A program made the translations under genes and the position numbers. From Candidatus Curtissbacteria bacterium (GTDB lineage: Bacteria > Patescibacteriota > Microgenomatia > Curtissbacterales > GWA2-41-24): a stretch of DNA of 64,000 bases. Shown here piece after piece: positions 10,115 through 18,590 of the stretch. Position 1 is the stretch's first letter, and each line of letters starts with the position of its first letter. The notes under the pieces were generated by a model, which did not search any database, had not been told where the DNA came from, and saw nothing but the letters and a program-made list of their open reading frames with translations. The stretch spans positions 12,128 through 76,127 of the forward strand of contig JBBQJY010000001.1 of NCBI GenBank assembly GCA_038326365.1. The letters run 5' to 3'.

Positions 10115-10795
10115 ATGAGCTCTCCAGACAGGAGAATCGCCATTTACGGAGCGCTTTCAGCTCCCTTTATCGCTTTCAGCGCTGCCTGCGGAGTAGATAA
10201 TCCAAAACCTCAAATCACACACCCCACCCCAATTTCTGGTGATGTCCAAGGCGCACTATTAAATCCAACTGAAGGTGCACTTCTATATAAATCACAGACT
10301 CCTCGCCCAACGTTATCAAGCTCAACACGTGAATCATTTGATCCAAACCCAAATACTACTGCGACTTCGTCACAATTAAACTGCGTTAACCCAAATTCAC
10401 CCACATTCGATTCAAATCCTGTCTCTTTTGCTGAACCCGATGCAACTGGCATCATTAAACTTACCGATGGCTCCCCGATAAACGTCAATACAAGCATTGA
10501 TAATCTCATAAACCCTGACGAAGCCGGACAATACGTGATAGATTTATGGAAGCAAAGAGTTGGAGAACCAACAAGCAGTGTCTTCTTTAAAAAAATTAAA
10601 GAGATTAAAAAGTTTAAAGAAAACAATCCAAACGATAAAAGAGTTATTAATCTAGTGAACGAGGCAGTCTGCATCGTCCACTATAACCAGGAGCCTATTA
10701 CGGGTAATTTTATGACCATCCTAAGGTCGTATGTTTATGCGATAGATCCGAACTATTTAGGTAACAATTACACCTTTTACAGTTGGAAGCATTAA
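10115..10795 (+). CDS. Putative lipoprotein, hypothetical
   Basis: RR plus hydrophobic stretch plus lipobox-like SAAC, then a Pro/Thr/Ser linker. Confidence 0.6.
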   Translation: MSSPDRRIAIYGALSAPFIAFSAACGVDNPKPQITHPTPISGDVQGALLNPTEGALLYKSQTPRPTLSSSTRESFDPNPNTTATSSQLNCVNPNSPTFDSNPVSFAEPDATGIIKLTDGSPINVNTSIDNLINPDEAGQYVIDLWKQRVGEPTSSVFFKKIKEIKKFKENNPNDKRVINLVNEAVCIVHYNQEPITGNFMTILRSYVYAIDPNYLGNNYTFYSWKH

Positions 10796-10812
10796 GAAAT
10801 CAAGATTCGCCC

Positions 10813-10841
10813 TTGATTCAAAAATTTTAGAGTGTTAACCT
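10813..10841 (+). promoter_or_regulatory. sigma70-type promoter upstream of the riboswitch
   Basis: TTGATT, 17 bp, TAACCT, with a TGn extension. Confidence 0.5.
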
Positions 10842-10857
10842 AAATTAAATATTTACT

Positions 10858-10938
10858 CCATCGCGGGGAAGCGTAGCGAAAATCTACCACTGTACCGCAA
10901 CGGTAACTCAAAAAAGAGAAGTCCGAATACCACGATGG
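10858..10938 (+). ncRNA. Cobalamin riboswitch-like aptamer (short, Cbl-II/AdoCbl-variant-like)
   Basis: Closing stem CCAUCG/CGAUGG, GGGAA junction, T-loop hairpin GUAG-CGAAAAU-CUAC, CACUGUACCGCAACGGUAA, hairpin CUC-A6-GAG and AAGUCCGAAUACC. The order and sequence match the conserved cobalamin riboswitch core. Confidence 0.75.
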
Positions 10939-10987
10939 CTAACTAGGTCCCGAGATAGGACACATGCCCATTGCGCACAATGATTGC

Positions 10988-11021
10988 AAGCCTTCTTGAG
11001 GACTATCAAGGAGGTTTTTTT
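10988..11021 (+). terminator. Intrinsic terminator / SD-sequestering hairpin (riboswitch expression platform)
   Basis: AAGCCTTCTTGA-GGACTA-TCAAGGAGGTTT followed by a T run. The 3' arm contains the SD AAGGAGG, directly before ATG 11022. Confidence 0.75.
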
Positions 11022-12164
11022 ATGCTTGACAAGCTAGTTGCAAATCCACCGCCAAACATCTCTGAGGGCCAGTTTCGCTTTGATCCATCTCATCCCCCTC
11101 TGGCGAGTAAACAAATTGCTGAAGAACTAATTGATCCAATCCCCGAAGCAATGCTTGCCTACAATGTTCGATTCGATATTAAAGCTTACTGCAATTTGCT
11201 AGACCAAAAATCAACTCACACACACGAAGAATTCATAGCTAAGTTTAATTCCCTCAACGCTTTAACCAGAACAAATATCGAAACTTCAATTGCCGAAAGA
11301 TTCAACGCCGAAATACATCGAGCTTCATACAAACTCAAAGACGGCCAGCTAATCCATGAATCCTACGAGCAACCCTTTTTGGAAATAATCAGACGCGGTC
11401 AAGAATTTAGAGAAAAGTCTGGTTCCCAAGAGATCGATCGCGAAAGAGCCGAACTTGCCGGATTTAAAAAAGTCCAGGAGACACTCGCCAGTGAAAAGCT
11501 ATCAAATGACGCAAAAGTAATTGTCATCTCACCCGTCGGCGGCATTTACGGGCACAATTTCTACGATCTTTACCAAAGAACCGAAGATGGCAAAATTAAT
11601 ATGTCTCGTTACAGCTCAAAGAATTCCTATCAAAAATTTCTAGCAGCCGCTCGGCAAATAGACCCATTTTGTGAACTTCCCGATAATCCATCCGATGCTG
11701 ATTTCTTGGCTCGTCCACTCATAACTTATTTGCCGCCTGAACAAATTCAAACCCTCATGGATCCAGATGAAAAAACAATGAGCCAGGAAGAACTTGAAAA
11801 AATAAAAATAGCTTGGGCTCCAGCAATCGGAGGCTACATAGTAGATTTACTAAAAAATCCAAACACAATAACTCAAGAAAATTATTTAGATATCCTGAGA
11901 TTTGCCCAAGCGGCCAAAAACGGCCAAACTATTTCTGCCAAAGATATTCGCCAAATTTTCTTACCTAGAATAACAACAGCTTGCGGCATATCCGGTTCTC
12001 CCTATTCGGTTGCTGATTTCATAACCAACCCTAACCTCATCCAGGATAGGTATGGATCACTCCAAATCCATTGCCAGGAATGCAACACTAGTTATCCGCG
12101 AAATTTCGGTAAACTCGAAGAAAATTGTCGATACTGCGGCGGCACCAAGGGAATCGTTTGCTAA
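11022..12164 (+). CDS. Hypothetical cytoplasmic protein with C-terminal Zn ribbon
   Basis: ATG after SD AAGGAGG, no TM, C-terminal CQEC-x14-CRYC and a terminal Cys. Confidence 0.75.
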   Translation: MLDKLVANPPPNISEGQFRFDPSHPPLASKQIAEELIDPIPEAMLAYNVRFDIKAYCNLLDQKSTHTHEEFIAKFNSLNALTRTNIETSIAERFNAEIHRASYKLKDGQLIHESYEQPFLEIIRRGQEFREKSGSQEIDRERAELAGFKKVQETLASEKLSNDAKVIVISPVGGIYGHNFYDLYQRTEDGKINMSRYSSKNSYQKFLAAARQIDPFCELPDNPSDADFLARPLITYLPPEQIQTLMDPDEKTMSQEELEKIKIAWAPAIGGYIVDLLKNPNTITQENYLDILRFAQAAKNGQTISAKDIRQIFLPRITTACGISGSPYSVADFITNPNLIQDRYGSLQIHCQECNTSYPRNFGKLEENCRYCGGTKGIVC

Positions 12165-12217
12165 ACCTGCCTTGACTATCGCCTAAATTGTCCCTAATAT
12201 TGATTTAGAGTTTGTCC

Positions 12218-13993
12218 ATGCTTTCTGCCACAAAAATAAAACTGTTGGTTGTTTTACCATTTCTACTTCTTGGCCTCTTTTTTCAACCCAAAATTGCATC
12301 TGCTCAAAGTTACGGTTGGACAATATCGGTTGCTAATGTTTCTGGTACTTCAATTACCTATAATATTACGCCAAACTCCGGTAGCGGATCGGTACTTGTA
12401 TTAACAGACCTTCCATTGGGCGATCCCAACAGAGAATGTACTATTCCACCAAACGTATCCTCATTCACCTGCACTCACCCCGCGGGGACTCATTCGGTCG
12501 AAGTTACATATCTTGGCACTAAACAATCAGCAAACATCTCAGTAACAACTGGAGGAAGTGGTGGTGGTGGAGGAGGAGGAGGTGGAGGTGGAGGTGGACT
12601 CGCTAGCTGTGCTGCTCCGAATCCCGACACAACATCCCGCCAAGCACATGACCTCGTCCTTAAATGCGGTATAGCCAACGGCAGCATGGATAACCTTTAT
12701 TTCACCTTCAGTGAAACAGCCGGCATTCTGGACAGTCTTCAAGTCCTGGTCATGGGCAGTTCTCAACTTCACGAAGAATCAAACAAAGTCACCCAAAACA
12801 CTGGTGCTCTTGCAGGAGCCGCAACACTTGTTGCATCACTCTATAGCCACCCTCCGGCGTCTGGGGTTGAATATTTAGCCGGTGAATTCCAAAAGTTTAA
12901 CCCAACAAAAGACGCTTATGCCCAAACAGGAATCGGCTACGACACACTTCAACCTGTTCAAACCATTTGGGAACTTTTCAGAAACATTTCCTACCTCGGC
13001 TTCGTTATCGTTTTTGTTGTCATTGGTTTTATGATTATGTTCCGAGCACACATATCCCCCCAAGCAGTAGCTACGGTTCAAGATTCATTACCCAGGATCG
13101 TTATCGCACTTGTTCTCGTTACATTCAGTTACGCCATCGCCGGCTTAATGATCGATCTCATGTTCTTGTTTCTGAACGTCATTCTGGGTCTTCTGCCAGT
13201 AACTGACGCATCAAACATTGTCTTCAAAAAAAGTGTTTTCGGCGTCATAACTAGCTCTTGGAAAGACACTTTTGGAACTGTTTTTCATAATGTTCAAGAT
13301 CTTCTCAGTGAGATCATCAAGACTAAATTCTTTGTGGATAAAATTCTTGCCTTCTTCGGGGGCGGTATTGCAGCCCTCGTCGTCGGTATTGCCATGTTTT
13401 TCATAATGTTTAAGGTTTTCCTAATGCTATTAACTGCTTACGTTTCCATTATCCTCTTAACAATCGCAGCTCCATTCTTCTTCCTCTTGCAAGCTTTACC
13501 CGGTAACAACAATGGCATGACTTGGTTTAAACAAATGCTAGCAAATGTGGCCGTTTTCCCAACGGTTGCCATCATGTTCATTCTGGCTGGCTATCTCGGT
13601 GGCATTACGGCACTTGGTGGTAACGACAGTAACCCAGCAATCGGCCAGTCGAGCGGTAACATTGCAAAATTCCCTTTGCTTGCAGGCGATCTGGACCCTA
13701 AAGTTTTGGGGCATCTGGCAGGTATTGGCATTCTACTCATGACGCCAGCCGCGGCTCAACTCGTTAAGGACGCACTCGGTGTCAAGGCTGTAGGGGGCGG
13801 CGCAGCAGGCGCAGCAGCAGCTGGGGCTCTAGGCGCAGGCGCAGCAGTTGCGGGAGCTCCATTTAGGCCAATTCAAGGTGGCTTTGGCAAGGCTACGTCG
13901 GACTATGCTTCAAAAGGACTCTCAACAACAGGCAGGGCAGGGTTTAATAAAGTCAAAGGGGTATTAGGAAGAGGTCCCGGAGGTGATACCTAA
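12218..13993 (+). CDS. VirB6/TrbL-like polytopic membrane protein with N-terminal Ig-like module and poly-Gly linker
   Basis: Signal peptide, WELFRNISYLGFVIVFVVIGFMIMFR...LPRIVIALVLVTFSYAIAGLMIDL, 6-8 TM helices and a Gly/Ala-rich tail. Located in a pilin/VirB4 context. Confidence 0.65.
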   Translation: MLSATKIKLLVVLPFLLLGLFFQPKIASAQSYGWTISVANVSGTSITYNITPNSGSGSVLVLTDLPLGDPNRECTIPPNVSSFTCTHPAGTHSVEVTYLGTKQSANISVTTGGSGGGGGGGGGGGGGLASCAAPNPDTTSRQAHDLVLKCGIANGSMDNLYFTFSETAGILDSLQVLVMGSSQLHEESNKVTQNTGALAGAATLVASLYSHPPASGVEYLAGEFQKFNPTKDAYAQTGIGYDTLQPVQTIWELFRNISYLGFVIVFVVIGFMIMFRAHISPQAVATVQDSLPRIVIALVLVTFSYAIAGLMIDLMFLFLNVILGLLPVTDASNIVFKKSVFGVITSSWKDTFGTVFHNVQDLLSEIIKTKFFVDKILAFFGGGIAALVVGIAMFFIMFKVFLMLLTAYVSIILLTIAAPFFFLLQALPGNNNGMTWFKQMLANVAVFPTVAIMFILAGYLGGITALGGNDSNPAIGQSSGNIAKFPLLAGDLDPKVLGHLAGIGILLMTPAAAQLVKDALGVKAVGGGAAGAAAAGALGAGAAVAGAPFRPIQGGFGKATSDYASKGLSTTGRAGFNKVKGVLGRGPGGDT

Positions 13994-13994
13994 T

Positions 13995-16900
13995 TTACCT
14001 GGCAAATACATATTTCAATCCTTGTCGGAAAAACTCAGAACCCCCAAATAATGGCCCTTGCCACCAAATTCTCTTTGCACTTTCAGAAACACCCATTCGC
14101 GCATAAATATCGGCATACTCAGCCAAAAACCTAGCATTTCTAACAGGCAAAATACCGGGCAAGCCTCCCCAGCCCAGATATTCGCGCTTCATCCAGTCTT
14201 TATACTTCACATTTAATCGATTACTTCGAACGGCAAGGTCGATAATTGTCTCCGTATCCGCATGAGGCATATTGTCTACTTCCCCCCACCAAGATTTCCA
14301 ATAAGTACCCAGCCTCTGATGCATCGGTATCACCAGCTTCATCATCGGCTGCAGTCTAACTTCTCGCTTAGAATAAAAATTCTCCAAAGAGAATAACTGT
14401 AAAAACTCCGCATTGTTTGGCTGCTGCAAATAGTGTTGCAGCTTTGGCTTTTCAGGACTCATGAAATTCATCATGGCAGCCCTGTCACCATAAAGATCAA
14501 TCCATCTATATTTCCAGCTATTATCAACTCTAAAAAAATGACTCCACTTACAGTTATCAAACTTAACTTCACCCTGATCCAGGGCTTCTGCGAGGATTGC
14601 CGACTTTGCCCAACCCATTTCTTCCTTATTACCTTTATCGAATTTTTTGATGTTCTTAAAACTATTTGTTTTTCTTTTGATAACTTCTTTTGCCGTTTCA
14701 TTCAATAGCCCGTCAGAATTAATACCTTGTTCCTCGTCCAAAAGGTCGCTGGCAAATCGAACCAGAGTTCGGTTTTGCGGCAACAAGTTTCCATTTTCCC
14801 CAAGCATCTCGTCTTGCATGACATAGTTTGCCTTTTCTACCTTACCGCGAGATTCGTCTATAAAAAATTCCCAGGCGTGGTCAACCATTCTTCCATAGAA
14901 AAAGTCTGTAGATTGGTTGTACACATATCCAGATACTCTCCCCTTGCCACCAGCCGGATTATCTATATTTGGATCCCAAACCCTGATGCCGTCATAATCA
15001 CTCCAAGCCATAACCCAAGCAAGCCTATGAGCATTGTTTACAACCTGGTCGACCAAACCCGTGTCCACCATTTCGATTATTTGTTTATCGCTAAGATTCC
15101 ATTTTTCTTTGTTCTTAACCAGCTCCTCAATCAGTCCACCCCCCGTTGCTACAAGCTCGACGTTTCCATTTGCTTGCTCGACTTTATATTCCCGCTTATT
15201 CCCTACCATCTCACTCTTCCTTAGCCCAACAGCCTCCGCTTGCTCTTTAATTAACCCAAGCATAGTGTTCTCCCTATACCATTTACCTATAGCTTTTTTC
15301 ATATTATCAACACTATAATCATCACCAAGTTCACCTTGTATGGACTCGAGCGCAGCTCTTTCTTCGTCGGTTTTGCCTTTAATTTTCCTGTCTTTCGTCC
15401 AGCTCTCCACAAAGTTCATAAGTAGACGCTCTTTATGGAATCTACCCATGTAAATATTCATTCCGGCGTCCAGCAAATTTACAGAAAGATGCTTCCCTTG
15501 AACATCTTTATTAAATCTTTCAAAATAAACCTCGAAAGTATTGTCCTTAAGGCCCTGAACTACTTTGGAAACAGTCTCAGGATTCATGCTTGCATGCTCC
15601 ATCGTGCTATAGAACTGGTTAATTGCAATAACTGACTCGTACTTTTCCGTCAGTTGCTTCCTGAGCTCAATAGCCCTTTCTTTTTCCTCACCCTCAAGCG
15701 AATCAACAGGTATTCTCAAAACCACCTGTACTGCTCTTTGAATTTTTTGTGATAATTGCTGTTCACCAAAATCAGAGCTTTCAAGAAGCCTCAAAATCCC
15801 GTCTACTGTTTTTTCGCTTTCTTTCCAATCATTTGGCGGCAATTCCGAAGAAATATCCGAAAATCTCAAGTCAAATCCCTGACGATAAACTTGCGCCTTC
15901 CATTTCAATAACTCCGCAAAATCGGGATTTGCATCGACTTCCGTCTCAACAGTTTCGTCAAATATTTCCCGGTAGTCATCGGCTCTACCATAGATACCCC
16001 CCTCTTGTATGGAGTTGACTTGAGAAGCTGAATCTTTTATTCTCCTAAAAAGTGCAGCCAATTGCTCTGGCTTGCTCCTCTTCTCGAGTTCTCGGAATTT
16101 ACTATCTACATGAGCCCTTGCCTCTTCAACAATTTTCTCATCGTCGTCGGACACAATAGACTGAAAAAGATTCAGTTTTTCAGACCCGAGTAATGTGTAT
16201 TTTGATTTAAGTTCGTTAATAGCTAGCGACATTTGTGACAATATGTCATAATTCTTAGGATTTTCGGGGTCTGCAAGAATCATACGAGCTTCTTCGATTT
16301 GGCCTCGATATTCTGTCAATAGTATTCCGTATTGATCGCGCATGCTGGTTTCTCCATTTTCTGTATCCACTCCCTTTTCTTTCAGATACAACAGTCGCTT
16401 AACGACCTCTTCAAGATTTACATGAACTGGAACACGTCTCTTTTCAATCCTACCTTCGTTATTTGGTACCCTCTTGACTACATACATTTCTAAAGGTTCG
16501 TCCCAGTAAATTTCACCGTTTCCCCCACGAATGGCTGGTAGGTTTTTCCCTATCTCGGTGCTTTTAGGCTTGCCCGTCCAGCCAGTCAGCTCAACTGCTC
16601 CATGCTCGGCAGCCCATTTCCAGCGCCTAACGACAGCCCAATTTTTCCACTTATCTTTAGGTACAGTAATTTCGAATCCCCGACCGCGAAAAAAAGCCTC
16701 AGCTGCCGCAGGATCGTCTATATATTCTCCGCGCTTCGTGGTTTCGATTATGATCCTAGGTAGAGCATCGGCGTAAACCAAAATAGCCCCCTCTTCTTTT
16801 GCCAGTGCTTCCATTTTTTCTTCTGTTACTACCTTTAGCTTCTTTCTGATTTCATCTGCCTTCAGAGCAGACTCGCCACGGTGTTTGCGCAAGGATTCTG

Positions 16901-17213
16901 CTATTACCTCTTCAGAGTTCATGCCCACAATCTTAGATTGATCTGCTCCGCTCTCAATAAGCGCAGTTCTCAAACTACTTAAGCTTTCACTGGAAACAGC
17001 TACTTGGTTTGAAGTGTCAAAAGCCTCACTCAATTTCTCAGTGTGTTCTCGGGCATTAAATTGTTTGTTTGGTTTCTTTTTAGCACCTCCGTCACCAGGT
17101 TCAGCTCCTTTGTTTTCGTCTGGAGTCCGCAAGCTTCCATCAGGCATAGTATTTCCCCCTTTATACTCAGCGTACAAGCTGGAGGGGTCAAATGCAATAA
17201 AATCTTCTTTCAT
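13995..17213 (-). CDS. Large charged helical hypothetical protein; alternative start ATG 17147
   Basis: 1072-aa ORF, Glu/Lys-rich, no recognised domain. SD AAGGGGG precedes MPDG at 17147. Confidence 0.8.
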   Translation of the reverse strand: MKEDFIAFDPSSLYAEYKGGNTMPDGSLRTPDENKGAEPGDGGAKKKPNKQFNAREHTEKLSEAFDTSNQVAVSSESLSSLRTALIESGADQSKIVGMNSEEVIAESLRKHRGESALKADEIRKKLKVVTEEKMEALAKEEGAILVYADALPRIIIETTKRGEYIDDPAAAEAFFRGRGFEITVPKDKWKNWAVVRRWKWAAEHGAVELTGWTGKPKSTEIGKNLPAIRGGNGEIYWDEPLEMYVVKRVPNNEGRIEKRRVPVHVNLEEVVKRLLYLKEKGVDTENGETSMRDQYGILLTEYRGQIEEARMILADPENPKNYDILSQMSLAINELKSKYTLLGSEKLNLFQSIVSDDDEKIVEEARAHVDSKFRELEKRSKPEQLAALFRRIKDSASQVNSIQEGGIYGRADDYREIFDETVETEVDANPDFAELLKWKAQVYRQGFDLRFSDISSELPPNDWKESEKTVDGILRLLESSDFGEQQLSQKIQRAVQVVLRIPVDSLEGEEKERAIELRKQLTEKYESVIAINQFYSTMEHASMNPETVSKVVQGLKDNTFEVYFERFNKDVQGKHLSVNLLDAGMNIYMGRFHKERLLMNFVESWTKDRKIKGKTDEERAALESIQGELGDDYSVDNMKKAIGKWYRENTMLGLIKEQAEAVGLRKSEMVGNKREYKVEQANGNVELVATGGGLIEELVKNKEKWNLSDKQIIEMVDTGLVDQVVNNAHRLAWVMAWSDYDGIRVWDPNIDNPAGGKGRVSGYVYNQSTDFFYGRMVDHAWEFFIDESRGKVEKANYVMQDEMLGENGNLLPQNRTLVRFASDLLDEEQGINSDGLLNETAKEVIKRKTNSFKNIKKFDKGNKEEMGWAKSAILAEALDQGEVKFDNCKWSHFFRVDNSWKYRWIDLYGDRAAMMNFMSPEKPKLQHYLQQPNNAEFLQLFSLENFYSKREVRLQPMMKLVIPMHQRLGTYWKSWWGEVDNMPHADTETIIDLAVRSNRLNVKYKDWMKREYLGWGGLPGILPVRNARFLAEYADIYARMGVSESAKRIWWQGPLFGGSEFFRQGLKYVFAR

Positions 17214-17308
17214 GTCGACAAGTTTAATAGAGAAAGCTCCATTTGCCTTGACTCTTGCCTAACAATTAGCTAACAAGAAGAAAAAGACCTTATAATTGGA
17301 ATTACGCA

Positions 17309-18586
17309 ATGGGAACATTTGAATTACAATTTCCAGGAAATTTTCGCCAGGCAGAAATCGACAAGATTTTGACCTTTGTACAAACCGGCAAATTTTGCCA
17401 ATTAATTTCTACCCCTGGAAGCGGAAAAGCGACTCTTCTGAGGCTGTTGGCCTACAATCCCAATGTTTTAAAATTTCATTTGAAAGAAAAGGGAGCTTCT
17501 ATTAATTTCATTTATCTAAATCTTTTAGACCTTGAAAACTACCAAGAGATTGAAATTCTCAAATACATCCTGCTTGCTCTGAACCAAAAAGCGCAAAGCG
17601 ATGACCTTCTGGCACTAAACAAACAATTAATGGAAATTGTTCACCAGCAAGCAAGCCTTGGCCAAACTACAGTTTTTCTCTTTGACCATTTTGACGAGTA
17701 TCAGAATCAGTTACCTCCGTCGTTTTTTCAGCTTCTAAGGAGTGCGAATAGACAAGCAAGATACAAATTTTCCACCGTCTTTGCAACCAGAAGAGATCTA
17801 GCAGAGTTAGTTGACCCAACAACGATCAAAGATTTTTATGATTTTTTTACTGACAACGCTATTTATATGAAGATCTATGACCCATCCGCCATAGAATTTA
17901 TGGTCTCGCAAATTGAGGCTATATTTAAAAAGAAGATCCCCATAGCGGACAAAGCAAGCATTATTCACCAAACGGGAGGCCATACTAAACTAACGAAGAT
18001 AGTGACAGAAATGCTTATACGCCAAAATCTGTCTCTAGATAATCAGCTGCTTACGAAACCAACAATTTCTTCTACCCTCCAAGAGCTGTGGCTTTTCTTA
18101 ACAGCCCAAGAACAGCAGACCCTCTATCAAATTGCCAATGACGAATACAAAAATCAGCCAGACGAAACAAATAAACTAGAAGCCTTTGGTCTTGTCAAAC
18201 GAAACCAAACACCAGCTAAGGGTTTTGAATTAACCATCCCTTTATTTAAAGAATACATAAAGAACACTATCCCTCAGCTCACCCCAGAAAAGATTACATA
18301 TAACGAGCAAACCAGAGAGATAACCAAAGGTGCAAAAATAATCTCTGATTTGCTTTCGCCTCAAGAAAACCGCTTGCTCAAGTTTTTAATCGAAAATCAA
18401 AACAAGGTTATTCAAAGAGACGAAATCATCAAAGCCGTTTGGCTAGACTCTCAAAATGCCCAAGGCATCTCCGACGAGGCAATTGATCAAATGATTTTTA
18501 GGCTCAGAAAAAAAATTGAAGATGATCCCAACCAACCAGAACGACTGTCAACCGTAAAAGGTCAAGGTTTTCGCTTCAAAGCTTAA
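17309..18586 (+). CDS. P-loop (AAA/STAND-like) NTPase fused to a C-terminal OmpR/PhoB-type winged-helix DNA-binding domain
   Basis: Walker A-like TPGSGKAT and Walker B VFLFDHFD. C-terminal LSPQENRLLKFL...RDEIIKAVW...IDQMIFRLRKKIEDDP...TVKGQGFRF. Confidence 0.85.
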   Translation: MGTFELQFPGNFRQAEIDKILTFVQTGKFCQLISTPGSGKATLLRLLAYNPNVLKFHLKEKGASINFIYLNLLDLENYQEIEILKYILLALNQKAQSDDLLALNKQLMEIVHQQASLGQTTVFLFDHFDEYQNQLPPSFFQLLRSANRQARYKFSTVFATRRDLAELVDPTTIKDFYDFFTDNAIYMKIYDPSAIEFMVSQIEAIFKKKIPIADKASIIHQTGGHTKLTKIVTEMLIRQNLSLDNQLLTKPTISSTLQELWLFLTAQEQQTLYQIANDEYKNQPDETNKLEAFGLVKRNQTPAKGFELTIPLFKEYIKNTIPQLTPEKITYNEQTREITKGAKIISDLLSPQENRLLKFLIENQNKVIQRDEIIKAVWLDSQNAQGISDEAIDQMIFRLRKKIEDDPNQPERLSTVKGQGFRFKA

Positions 18587-18590
18587 TACT

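Noticed and set aside
12551-12599. GGN repeat tract as a phase-variation site
   Set aside because: It is a mixed GGA/GGT in-frame poly-Gly linker. Slippage by codon units would not switch expression.
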